Positions 41,834 to 54,698 of a stretch of DNA of 64,000 nt are shown piece after piece. The stretch's first letter is position 1. Each line of letters opens with the position of its first letter. The translations under genes were made by a program, and so were the position numbers. Where the stretch lies: contig CM082591.2 of the NCBI GenBank assembly GCA_040954595.2, positions 795,882-859,881 on the forward strand, read 5' to 3'. The notes under the pieces are model-generated. The model ran no database searches, was not told where the DNA came from, and saw only the letters and a program-made list of their open reading frames with translations. This stretch comes from Balanoglossus misakiensis. Lineage: Eukaryota > Animalia > Hemichordata.

Positions 41834-44140
41834 CTGATTGGAGTAAATCTTTGCCTCACTCAGTGGGAAGATAAACTGGGGTTATCTGTTATGGACAAGC
41901 TTGACAGAAAGATTTGAATTTTTTATGTTTAAATTTAACATCAGGCAGAAAGATTATTCGCGAGAAAACAACTTCCTAAGTATAGAAGGTGGCACACAGT
42001 TCTGCTTTTGGACGGAAAAAATCCTGTTGTCGATATCCTAGAAAAATGTCAGCGAATCTTTTCTTCTCAAGGTATATGGGATGGTGTTTTGCACATAAAT
42101 CAAATCATTCATTCATCAACCCACTTTCCAGTTCTTCAGTTTTGTCCAGTTGTACGCTGACTGCTTGTCAGCTACAAACACGGAGACCCTTGAACGATAC
42201 GATCTGACCAATACAACTGACTTACAACAACAATCACAGTTTAACAGCAACATCAGATTTTTATTCAATAAACTTTAAACAGTGACATAACTTAGGGTAG
42301 CTCATAAAATTGATGCCAATTACCAGCTGTTGGACAACACCTGGAAAAGATCAGAAAAAAGGTAGGTGTTAAGCTTTCATGACCGACATAATTATGAAAT
42401 AGCCATGTCTAAGTAAATTAAAATTATGTTGTGTTGTGTTGTGTTGTGTTGCATGCATGCATACATACATACACACACACACATACACACAGGCAAGAAG
42501 AAAAGACTAGTATCTAAAACCAAACAGACTCAGAGATGTTAATACAATCATACACTATAGAGCATGTGGCAATATGTAATATTTCAAGTTGCATTTTAAA
42601 AATATGCCTGAAAACTCAGATCACATGGAACCCTTCAATACACATATTGAGTATGTTAATTTTGGGCAACCCCTTTGGATGCATAACCATCTCGTTGATA
42701 ACTTTACAAATAATTTATATGTCAAAATTAGGTCTTTATTCAAGGTGGTTTATGACATTATATGACATACCCTTTATGTGATGTGATTTTTGTCAGAAAT
42801 TTATACTAATTAGCAAACTAAGACTATCATCACAGTTGTCTGCTGTTTGACAATGTTTGGTTAATTAATACAAAAAATGATTATTTGTATCTGATTCCTA
42901 ATTTCAATTTTATGCAAATAAATTTGGTTGTCTGTGACTCTAAAATCAAAGAGTTGTATCAGTTTTTTGGGCGAGTGTATGATGGAGTGCTTCTGTAGGG
43001 GTGAGAGAGTGGGTTTTGAATGGCAACATTTCCTCAAAACGATAACGTGGTACTTGGGCCCACTTGGGTCGGTAGCCATGGCATAAATACTAAAGTATAA
43101 ATCTCTATAACATCAAAGATATGTGTGTCTTGCCTAGAACGATTACTGTGTGTGATTCTCCAAACTTTAGTCTAATCATGATGTTTTGCATGATGTACAG
43201 AGAGTGACACAAAGTAACAACTACATTGTGCACGCAAGCGCAGACTGGACGACACCCACCCATTATCTAATAACATTATTCTTGTCTCTAAGGCTACATG
43301 ACCGTTACTCATAATCAAATTAACCGAATCAGTGTCCCTTTACACGGACTGTTTCTGTATGCTTTTCTCTCATTAATATGTATGTGAGGTGGCCATCATT
43401 CTCAGTGATATGTGCCATAATTCCTTGCTATGTAACCATTCTCCTACATCACTTGTGTGTATGTGACCTTTGACCTCATTTAATATGCTGCAGAAAGTGC
43501 CACGTGTTGAATAATGTATAACTTTAATCAGTCTATAAATTATACCCTACTGCCTATTTAATATTATGTTTATCGTTTACACACCCACAAGTATATATAG
43601 ATCAAAATTCCTTCTATAATTTTGAAAGTTTAATAGTAACGTTCAAGTAGAAGATAAAATATTTACTAGTAAATATTTAAACATTTAAATACTGACTGAA
43701 CAATAACATAACTGTCTTGTTGGAATTTTTTATGCGTTTGTTGATCTTGTTCTTTAGTTCAGTCTATTTGAATAAAATACTATTTGAATATAATACTGTT
43801 GGAAGTGAATACAAGTTAATATATTTCAAAGTGAATACAACACAGTTGTAGTAGTAGTGTAACAGCAATAATAATAACAATTTGTATTAACTTCATATTA
43901 GACTTTTATATAATTAATAAATACTTTTCTATGAAAATTTGCACTTACAAATAATTGACATAACATACACATATGCATGTCAAATCTTTAATACTTGTAT
44001 GTGTCTATGGAAAATTGCTAAGTTTTTAGGTCCAAATCAAGTTTTGCATTTCTCATATATGTTTTTTACACTTTTACTTTCATTAAAAACCAAGATGCCA
44101 TGTCTCATCCAGTCATTACTGTTGTCAGACTGATGACGGA

Positions 44141-44784
44141 TTATGCAGTATCTATTTCTCGCGTCAAGTCTACAAGTTTTGCAAATATGCCCCCAAAAGG
44201 ATTATCGCGTCCATGTTCTGTTACTGTATTCTTTGAGTCTGAAAAAGGAAGGAACCTTCATGATAAGATACTTTTAAATATTTTCACTAAATTGTAGATT
44301 AATAAATTAATTTCAGGCTTGTGAACTGAAGTGGTAAAAATGAATGTCTAAAGTATGCACAAAGACATTTAAGGATTGCAAGTTAAGTTTGGCATGAAAC
44401 AAAAATAGGTGCAGAGATTAACAACAACTTTAACTAGCTTGCCATTTAACAAGATAGGTATTTGTCCTGTGCCTTACCATAATTTCTCCGTTCACGAGTG
44501 TTCACGGCCGTGCAGCATCTATGGGTTGTCAATGTAATGTGACCTCGCTTTAGCACCGTTTCCAAGATGGCGTCACTTCGCTTACCATAACGAGGCAGAG
44601 AGAGTGAGCTCGAGCTTTCTTTCTTCCCCATGTAGAACAGTCTGCGCATGCACCGCACATTGCAGACGTAATCATCAGAACTGTTGACCTGTGACGTCGC
44701 TGAGTCGACCATGAGAACTGCGATGCAAATGGCGATGAGTGCCGGGACAGTCACACAGGATTTTTCTTGATTGTGATGAGACAT
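44141..44784 (-). CDS. Secreted neuropeptide-like precursor B (134 aa), predicted LFYM-amide and LPRY-amide
   Basis: Exons 44784-44478 and 44238-44141 (phase 1, G|gtaagg ... cctttttcag|). Signal peptide core VPALIAICIAVLMVDSATS, then CNVRC-MRR-LFYM-GKK-ESSSSLSLPRY-GKR. Confidence 0.78.
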
Positions 44785-47572
44785 TCTGCTTGATGTCCTA
44801 AACTGAAAGTTCCAAGAATGTGAATATTGCTGAGACAAGCAAAGAAACCATACACAAATAAGATCATCTCTGCAATACTGATTTGAACTTATTCAGTAAA
44901 GAAGATTCCACAGAAACTTTTACAATCAAACATGTTATACCCTTGACAAAAATTACATGACATCTTTCTTCAGAAATGAAACTAGCATTATGCCACTGGC
45001 ATAAGGCAAATGTGTGACTTTTCCCTGAGCTGTAAAACTCATAATTTTCCCCCAACATTAACTTCTAAGGACTTCAGAAGGAACAGTTGAACTCATATGA
45101 AAAGGGCATAGTTTCTTGAAATCATAGGGTCAGTTTTCATGATTCTAATTGCCTTGTGTCATTTTACCCCACCCCCATGTTTTTTGCTATCCCAACTGGA
45201 ATCAATGAAAAGTGCAGCGTGGGATTATTTTTGGTGTATATCAGCCAGGTATTGTAGAACAGCTGATCCCAATTATCCCACATTGACGTTTTTATTATCC
45301 AAAGGCTTACAGATGGAGAATTATTGAATTCAGACTAAAAAACTTGCAAACTGATAATGTTTTGTACACACAAAATTATGCACATGCGCATAAGATGATC
45401 GTAGGACTTTGAAAGATCCCTGCGTCGGGAGAATACTTTTTCTCCCCATAGACGTGACATGTGACTAGAGAAATGAAACAGGATTAGAAACACAGACATG
45501 ACTGTTATTGAGACCTGTTGGATGTATTCGTAAATTATTCATGTAATAAACGCGATGAAAGAGCGGATCAAGTGTTTCTAAAGGTCAATCCATCACAGAG
45601 GGGATTATAAACCAGCACATGTATGATATATGTGCCTGTGTGCTTGTATATGTGAACGTGTATATAGTTCCCACTACCCGATGGTCACAACTTTATGCAA
45701 ATCTATCAAACATATATTGTGTGTCTGGCAGCAGTATTAGAATGATTGCTCTTCTTGGTTCCCGATGCAGAAACTTTGATGTTGAAATAGCGACCAACAT
45801 CTTAAAAATTAGATTGATTTTTCGATTGACCTTCTACCACAATAGTTCATCACCCTGCTCCACATTACTATGGAGAGGTCAAATTCTAATGACAAATCCA
45901 ATTGATGTCTGATATGCTCATAGATATTGTCAATCTCCTAAACATGAAGACTCACTCTCCTTTACACGAGGAAGCCTGGATAGAATAGAGCTGTAAAGTT
46001 GTAGTTATCAGGTGGCAAACTATTAAAGTAATTGAGATAATTCTATACAAGAAGATTCAAGTACAACCATGAATTACACAGCTGTTGTTTCTGCATATTG
46101 ATGATTCATCAATTATTGGGAAAATTATATGAAGCAGAAAATTATAGAGATAAATGATTTAATATCCTTTGGGAAAAGCTTCGAAAGTTAATAAAGGGAA
46201 AATGTGGTGTCAAGGATGTGAAGACAGTAACCTACGCTTGTGCATCATTTGCTGCTTCACCTTTCATTTTTAGGTATAAAACAAGAAATGTTGTACACAT
46301 GGAATGACTGTTTCATCAGGGCAGGATTTTAGAAATAAAAGATACACTCATACTTAAAGACATCATGTTGGCCCATGCAGAAACAGTTTTGCAACAGTTA
46401 AAAGATGGTTGGCATACTGACCACCCTTCTCTGTTGCAAAGAAACCACCAGATGGACATTGTAAACTATCTGAGAAATCCCTGATCTCAGTTAGTTGAAC
46501 ATTTGCAAGACAACACGTTATGGTCAACATATGTATGTCAGTTGTGTTCAGATTTGCTCCAATGGTCCAGGTGATTTGGTTTTAGTTCTGCTGTTCCAGT
46601 AAAATGAATCAGATGTATCTGTTTAAATTACTAGTCCTTACCCCCAGAAGGTTTTCTTCAATGTGTCAGTGCCCAGAGATGCATTAGTTACTTTCATTTA
46701 GTCATGAGTTACTCAAGCATTTTCTTAAGCCATGGAATCATTTGTCCATCAGTAATTACCTCCTGGTGATTAAGTGGTGATAAATGGCATTCATAACGAA
46801 AAAAAGTTCACAAATAATGAGAACAAGGCCACTATTTTCACCGGTGATACGAAAGCTACTCTGAATGTTCTATTACTGAAGTACCATTAAAAACACTATG
46901 GCCTCCGGGTCATGTTTTTTTATTATTGAGAGGATGTCTGTCCAAGCAGTTTCCTTTGTTTGCAACAACACAACGCCACCGGGTAAATCGTCATAAATGC
47001 AATGTGAATTACATGGAGCCCTTTATGGATATTGTTCACTTGCACGACTAAACATGAACAAAGAATAATGCTCTCTTTGTCAGTTTTATTTTAATTAGGT
47101 TAAGCCCCAATATTGTATGGTTTTATTGAATAAGTTGTGAGATCAGCGCGGATTGGTTGGGCATGATCAACCAGAAAAAGGGATTCATTTCATGAGTATA
47201 ATTTAATTGTATTTATCGAGAAATTACTTATTTATTTAGTCAGTTCAGATATGATGGGACGGGGTTGACCAGATGCTCTAGTTAAGGGTCACACAATTCA
47301 AACATTGTGGGAGATGGAGTGATCGCTTGTTACAGTTGCCTTTCAGTTCAACCAATCTCAAATAATTTACAGTCTTTAATATAACTGTAGCTAACATCAG
47401 AGAAATTCCCTGCTCGGTCATGATAAGTTGGTTTTCTGTACAATGGGTGGTGTCTTTAATTGTAATCTGAGAAATGGTTGATCAATCACATACAAGAACT
47501 GTGAATTTGAAATTGGGGTAAACATTTTCTCTCACATTTGTCTCATTTTCTTGACACATTAATTGAATTGGA

Positions 47573-47961
47573 CATATCTATATTGGACAGTTTGCTAATT
47601 TAATTTTGCAGGATGAATCCTAGATATCTATATTGGACAGTTTGCTAATTTAATTTTGCAGGATGAATCCTAGATCCCAAAAGCATGTCAAAATGTCCAC
47701 ATATATATTTTACAATACTACCTTGTCAAATATCTAGTTTGTGGAATCTGCAAGTCTTCGGAAAGTGTACTCTATTGCCAAAGTTCCTGGCTTTTGCCAC
47801 AGAACAACATAGATATAGGCCATTTTCATTACCTCCTAAATAACCTTACATCTTCTGACTTGTATTGGTATTAATTCTAAAACTATATAATTGTGACTGT
47901 AGTTGATGAACTATTGGTATTAATCCTAAAACTATATAATTGTGACTGTAGTTGATGAACT
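47573..47961. repeat. Two short tandem duplications (~50 bp x2 each)
   Basis: tatctatattggacag...gaatcctaga occurs twice; tattggtattaat...gttgatgaac occurs twice. Confidence 0.85.
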
Positions 47962-48713
47962 CCAGACTTCATGACAAAGGTGGCTCTTTTTCAAGCCATG
48001 TTTTCATACATTTCTTGTACAAAATGTAGAATTTTGACAACTCCACACCACAGGAAGTACAATGATGTAAGGTCATAAAGGGGTTAATGAAAGTGACCTA
48101 TTAGGAAGTTTTGCACATGTTCATTCAACTGATTGTGAATCAAATGTATAACAACCGGTTCACCCGTTCCAAAATCAATCATCTAAGCATAGTTACAGGG
48201 TAAACAGAATGTTACAAGACACGATATGAGTCAGAAAAAATCCATCATTTATTTGTTCTTGAAATCAATATAAATAGTGTAATTTGTATTCAACAAAAAT
48301 TAATCTCATCTTTGTTAGAATATTGTGTAAATAGAAATACAGTGTGTTATCATATGAACAATCAGAACATTGTCCTGTGATGTAAGCTGAAGTGTTAAGT
48401 TGACAATAAACATAAACATTAAACAATTGATAAAGAATGTCAGAGAATAATTGATACAGATTACATCGTTGAAGCAGCATCCATGTGAATATGTTCTTTA
48501 TTCATGACACTACCAACCATTCTTTTGGAAAAGAACCCAACTCTCATGATGGGGTACAGCATTCAGTTTTGGGTACTTTTAGTGTTCGGCTAGATTGCTT
48601 GCTTGATGGAAACACAGTAAGGTGGTGGAGCATGGATCACGTAGCTTGGTACACCATTATTAAATCGCATGACGTCGCTTCAGACAAGAACAATGAGTGC
48701 CGTCGTTTTCATT

Positions 48714-49888
48714 TCATTTCCTTTCATGTTCCATGTCTCCAGACTTGTACAATTCTTCTTGATAATGTGAGATTTGATCTGTAAATGAGAAAAGCAAGTA
48801 AGAGAGTCATTGTGTTTTTTGCTGAATGAACCATCAATATATAAGCAAACTATATGAAGCATATTCAGAATGATATTACTTTCTTAATTTACTCTTTCAT
48901 GGAATATTAAACTTACTCATATAGTATGGATGTATGGCATGTGATGAACCGACTCATGTAATATTTAAGAAATTAATCGATAAGATTGTCACGAAGCGTA
49001 TCATATGATGATCTAGGTTAGGACAGTCAGCCGCTGGTTGAAATCAACTGCCAAAACTTGTCCTTTTTTCTTCAGTAGAAATTCAATGTATATTGGTGAT
49101 TCAAAACAGTTTTTAAAGACGGAAAGACAGAAAACGAGATTGTTCGCACATCTCGTCAAATGAAAGTGATATTAGGATTGCCTTACTGCCGGAGCATATT
49201 TTCAAATTGCTTCCCCGAGCGTGCTGACAGTCTAATCATCTACTTGTAAAAAATGCATGCATAGCATACGTATATTGTTGACATATTAATTTAAGTCCCA
49301 GGTAGAATTAAATGTTCTAATGTACTTGACTGTATTCTTCAGCTAAACACTGGCTATGTCAACATGCTTGAGAAAAGTTGCACAAAGAGCTACAGCTGAC
49401 ATACTATATGGACAACAAATATAATAAAAAAACAGGTATACTAATGGAGCTCTGATGAGCTGGTATGAACAGCAAAAATACAAATAGTAAATAGTTACAT
49501 GACATATGAGCTTTAAGTATCGTCAATTTGTTCATCATCAGTTTTATTTGTAAATTGTGCATTTTGTGCAGAATCATGAGCAGATAAACTGTGAACATTG
49601 GCAAATGTTCCTACCTGCTGTTTTGTCATTTTGGTTGAGGTTTCCTTTGATCTGTTTAGTGGATGGATCACGTCTGGCGGTCTTGGGATTTCTTTTGCCA
49701 AGTCTTCCTATGTGGTAGGGTAACTTTGTACTGGATGGTTCTGGCCTTCTCGCCCTGTATCGACCAGAGCATTCGTCGCAGATTGCACAGCTGGCCTCGC
49801 AAATAGTAGCTTCTGGCCAAGCGATGATCTGGCTGAAGAAGACACTTGCCACAACCATTAACGTCATAGATGTAGTCACCCAACCCAT
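48714..49888 (-). CDS. Secreted neuropeptide-like precursor C (112 aa), predicted HIGRL-amide
   Basis: Exons 49888-49615 and 48778-48714 (phase 1, G|gtagga ... atttacag|). Signal peptide MGWVTTSMTLMVVASVFFSQIIA, then CEASCAICDEC and RR-PEPSSTKLPYHIGRL-GKR. Acceptor at 49927; a candidate non-coding exon 1 ends at 50964 (ctg|gtaagt). Confidence 0.8.
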
Positions 49889-52325
49889 TATAAGGCCACT
49901 GCTTTCACGTGGACTTGTACTGGACACTACAGACAAGAGGATGGTAATGTCAAAACACACTCTGTCACACAACTTATATATTAAGGTGTCTACCTTAAGA
50001 AAAATTATTCTTTTCAGAGTGACACATGTATTGATTATAACCACAGATTTGTGAGTTTTCGTTTTCTATGGGTATTAAAACGACACAAAGGGTGTGACGA
50101 ATAATGTATGGTACTTGGGGAATACTTGACTTGTAATGGAATATATAATTATGCCCAAAAGTAACTCAAGGAAATTAGGCCTGCATTTACTCTTTGATAC
50201 AACCATGGCCACCTCTTCATTTCCTGCCATTAATTACAATTTATGATAGACCGTTTGTTTTACATACTATGACAAGTGAACAGCACTGGGATGGTCCAGA
50301 ACCTTTGGGGGTATCAAGGAGTTAGTGCAATTCTAATTTCAGACAAAGACACTCTTTGAGGGCCTGAGTGGAAAATCAAAGTCCACAACTGATCATATAA
50401 AAAGTGAGGAATTGTCTGACATTATTTCCAATTTCAGACAAACGCGATTTAAATTGATTTGCATTTACATTGTTTGAAAACTTCAAATTTTGATAGTCAC
50501 TTTCATGACCCTGTATGACTTTGCATCCTTGTACTTCTGTTCAAATGGGATAGTCAAAATTCAAAATTTACAAGTAACATGCACAAAGTTTTTTGAAAAT
50601 GAGTCACTTTTGTAATTCAGTACAATGTACAATTTTTTTACTACAGCTGCAAGTCTTTGTAAAGGAAAGTACGAGGATGTCAGGTCATGTAAGGGTCATG
50701 AGAATGGCATGACTGTATGATGACATTTGGACACAAAATATTTTGTTTCGTATTCTTGTGGGCGTTCATTTTTGGCCACCCTCACGGCTTGCAATTTTGT
50801 AGGATTAACAAAGATAAGAAATATATTGTTTCTGGAGATTAATTTCACGTGGGCCTACAATAAGCAAAAGTCGCGTGGTAAAAAATTTGTCTGATGGGTG
50901 TATGTTGTGTGGGGAAAAGGCTTCACATTTTAAATTTTACCTTGAAAAGAGAAAAATACTTACCAGCATTTATATTTGCAGCCCGGTTGTGTTGTCTTCT
51001 GGTTGAGTCTTGGACAGAGCATCTCATCAAAAATTAACACACGATAACACCAAGCAAATTTTAAATGAAAACTGTACATTTAGAGAGATAATTTCCTATG
51101 GGACCAAAACTAGTATCCATTTAGCCCATAATTTACATATTTGACAAATTGTGTAATTTTTGACAACCCTAATTTATTATCGGCTTTGTCTGCCATTGTT
51201 ATAACGTATTGACTCCATATTCACTATTGTAAAGTTGCCCTTTGTAGGGAGGGGGTGGGTTAAGCTTTTGGCTATTTGTGAAGATAGTCAAACTATTTTT
51301 TGTGCCGTTGATGGCGGTATCGTCTTGCTTCCAAAATGTTCATCACTGTTGCTTGCTCTTTTCAGTGCATTAGCGCCCCCAATTAATAGCAATTCAGACT
51401 GGGTTATTACCAGTCTTCAGTAACCGTGTAAACGTGATGATAAAATATATAGTCTTTCAATAAGCAGACATGACTATGCCTTAACAACCCACAAAGTCTC
51501 ATGCGTTGCAGTCAATGCAAGATTATAGTTATTGTTTAGGTCATATCCAAATGCAAAAATATATTCCTACACACGATGTACACATATAAACAGAATATCC
51601 TACGTCTTCGGTTATTTTTTTTAAATACGCTAAATCATCGAAATGATTTAGTGTGCTCCCTCAACGGTATAACTCATTCTCTCGTTTGTTTTGTTTGCTA
51701 ACTCTGTACTTTAGTATTGGAAATAATTTGAACGTGACTGCGGCGTTATACAACATGTACACGTTCAAATTACATGTATATCGTTCAATGTTTACACCAC
51801 AAGACACATGTCAGGGATATGCCACACGTTATTCACTTCACGGTACTTCAAAAAAGAAAAATGAGTCACAACAGCGTAGTGATCATGGAGAATGTAAACT
51901 AATTCAGGCCTACACCCCATTCCCCATCACCACCCCACCATGACCCAGGTGGACTGAAACATACACTGTGCAGACATATTGTAATGTGCGGGGCGAATAT
52001 TGTCAATGCCACTGAATTTGCAGATGTCTAAAATAAAAACAAAAACTTGTAGCAGTGCCGACATATTCACCCAACTACCATCATGGCCCTGAATCAGAAT
52101 GCACAAATACTTCTGCACAGCGTGTGCTTGACAGCACCACAAACAACGCATGTTCATCAACCATGAACTTGGTAGCCTGTAGTCTGCTCCCCTGCCCCAT
52201 TATCGCTCCTGGCTGCCCTACGCTATCCTTTTAAATGGTTCTGTTGCAATATGTCTGCAAAAGTTTAGATTTCAGTCAATTTTTAGGGCTACAGGAATCT
52301 TAGCATTGTTTGCCGTTTGTGTTAC

Positions 52326-52617
52326 CTTATCTTCCTGATGGGAACTTGCAGTTGAAGCCATATTCGTACAGCAAAACATGTTCTTGTTGTTCAGACAACA
52401 ATTCTTGACTGACGGGTCTTTGTGGTTTGACAGAAGAACCTTGCGGAAAGTACAGTGTCGTTGTTGACGTTTGTTCATCCGTTGTTTGCGCGAAATAACG
52501 TCGGCAATGTTCGTGAAAACGTGCTTCCACGAAAGGAACCAGCCAACATGGCGGAAGACAATAACACTGAGGCATGATGGGAGTGACACTAACAAACATG
52601 GAGGGCGCACACTTCAT
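52326..52617 (-). pseudogene. Possible degenerate member of the peptide-precursor cluster
   Basis: Similar layout: upstream donor g|gtaagg at 52771, acceptor caacag| at ~52662, gccATG at 52617, donor |gtaaca at 52326. It has Cys residues, CRRYF and (in another frame) RMNKRQQ, but no intact signal peptide plus GKR in one frame. Confidence 0.3.
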
Positions 52618-53714
52618 GGCCTCAGACAGCACAGCACAACACAACTTTTGCCCTTGTTGAGCTGTTGATGGTTGATTGGAATATTTATTTTATTTTCATG
52701 GACATGGTCGAAAGGAGGTGTACATGGTATGACGTGTGTCAAATCCAGCGCCATCTAGAAGTTTCCTTACCGTTGTTGAGCGAGTCATGTTAACAACTGC
52801 AAAGTTTAGGCCCACGTGATTCAATGTGGGGTTCTTTTATCACAGAAAGAGAGGGGGTAGAGAAAGAAGGGGAGAGAGAATAAATTTCTGTACAATTAAG
52901 AATTCTGCATTTGCCACCTTCTTACAGAATGGCTTGGAGAGATTGCTACAGATGAAAATATTGTATGATACCGAAGACGGATGTTCATGATTATATTACG
53001 TGATGACGCCGTTAATCTCTCGATAAGTCATAATTATTTTATCATAAGTATCAGTTGTGTGTGCTTAGCTTAAGTTATCAATCTCTTTATCGTAGTCGGC
53101 ACCTTACTGGGTTTTTCATAAAGGAAGTCGAAGTAGAACTTTTTTCTTGGCAGATTATTTCTATCTTGTGTGGTCCAAGCGATTCTGACTGCTTGCTGGG
53201 AAATATATTTAGTTCAAAAATGTAACAACAACTTGAAAGTTGTGTTCTGCAAATTTTAGATTTTTAATATTGTAAATTGTTTTTAACAAGTTTTAAAAGC
53301 TCTATACATGACTTCTATGAACATTTGCAGGGTACTATATTGTCGGCAGACTACACTCCAGAAAGAACATTCATTAAACATTGTAGCCGCTAGCTTTGTT
53401 TCTAAAGGCCAACAGAACTAGACCATAATACGATTCAAACACGACACCATATTAATAATCCTCCAGATCAACAGTGTATTGTATATCTGAGGATTAAAAT
53501 GAAGGTTCATATGGCGCCAAAGAAAATAACATTCACTCCAGGGCCTAAAGTATCTTAATGTTACAACATTATCAACTTTCACTGATACAGTGTTTTAGGT
53601 CTAAAGCCTGGTATCGATAAACATCTTAAAATTTCATTTTTCGATCTTGTTCGGATTAAACATACATTTGTATGTTATGATAAGTGTTTACGATCTGTAA
53701 AATGTAGATGGATT

Positions 53715-54698
53715 ATACATACATACATACAAACATACATACATACATACATACATACATACATACATACATACATACATACATACATACATACATACAT
53801 ACATACATACATACATACATACATACATACATACATACATACATACATACATACATACATACATACATACATACATACATACATACATACATACATACAT
53901 ACATACATACATACATACATACATACATACATACATACATACATACATACATACATACATACATACATACATACATACATACATACATACATACATACAT
54001 ACATACATACATACATACATACATACATACATACATACATACATACATACATACATACATACATACATACATACATACATACATACATACATACATACAT
54101 ACATACATACATACATACATACATACATACATACATACATACATACATACATACATACATACATACATACATACATACATACATACATACATACATACAT
54201 ACATACATACATACATACATACATACATACATACATACATACATACATACATACATACATACATACATACATACATACATACATACATACATACATACAT
54301 ACATACATACATACATACATACATACATACATACATACATACATACATACATACATACATACATACATACATACATACATACATACATACATACATACAT
54401 ACATACATACATACATACATACATACATACATACATACATACATACATACATACATACATACATACATACATACATACATACATACATACATACATACAT
54501 ACATACATACATACATACATACATACATACATACATACATACATACATACATACATACATACATACATACATACATACATACATACATACATACATACAT
54601 ACATACATACATACATACATACATACATACATACATACATACATACATACATACATACATACATACATACATACATACATACATACATACATACATAC
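53715..54698. repeat. (ACAT)n tetranucleotide microsatellite, ~980 bp
   Basis: Nearly perfect array with one variant unit near 53731. Confidence 0.99.

Noticed and set aside
47573-47961. Short direct repeats resembling a CRISPR array
   Set aside because: They are head-to-tail duplications without spacers, in a eukaryotic context with no cas genes.
48480-48730. Apparent extra precursor pseudogene (MKTTALIVLV*, sharing cggcactcat and agcgacgtca with gene B)
   Set aside because: The region is better explained as the terminal exon and 3' UTR of precursor C (in-frame phase-1 splice, stop at 48714). The short matches may be chance.
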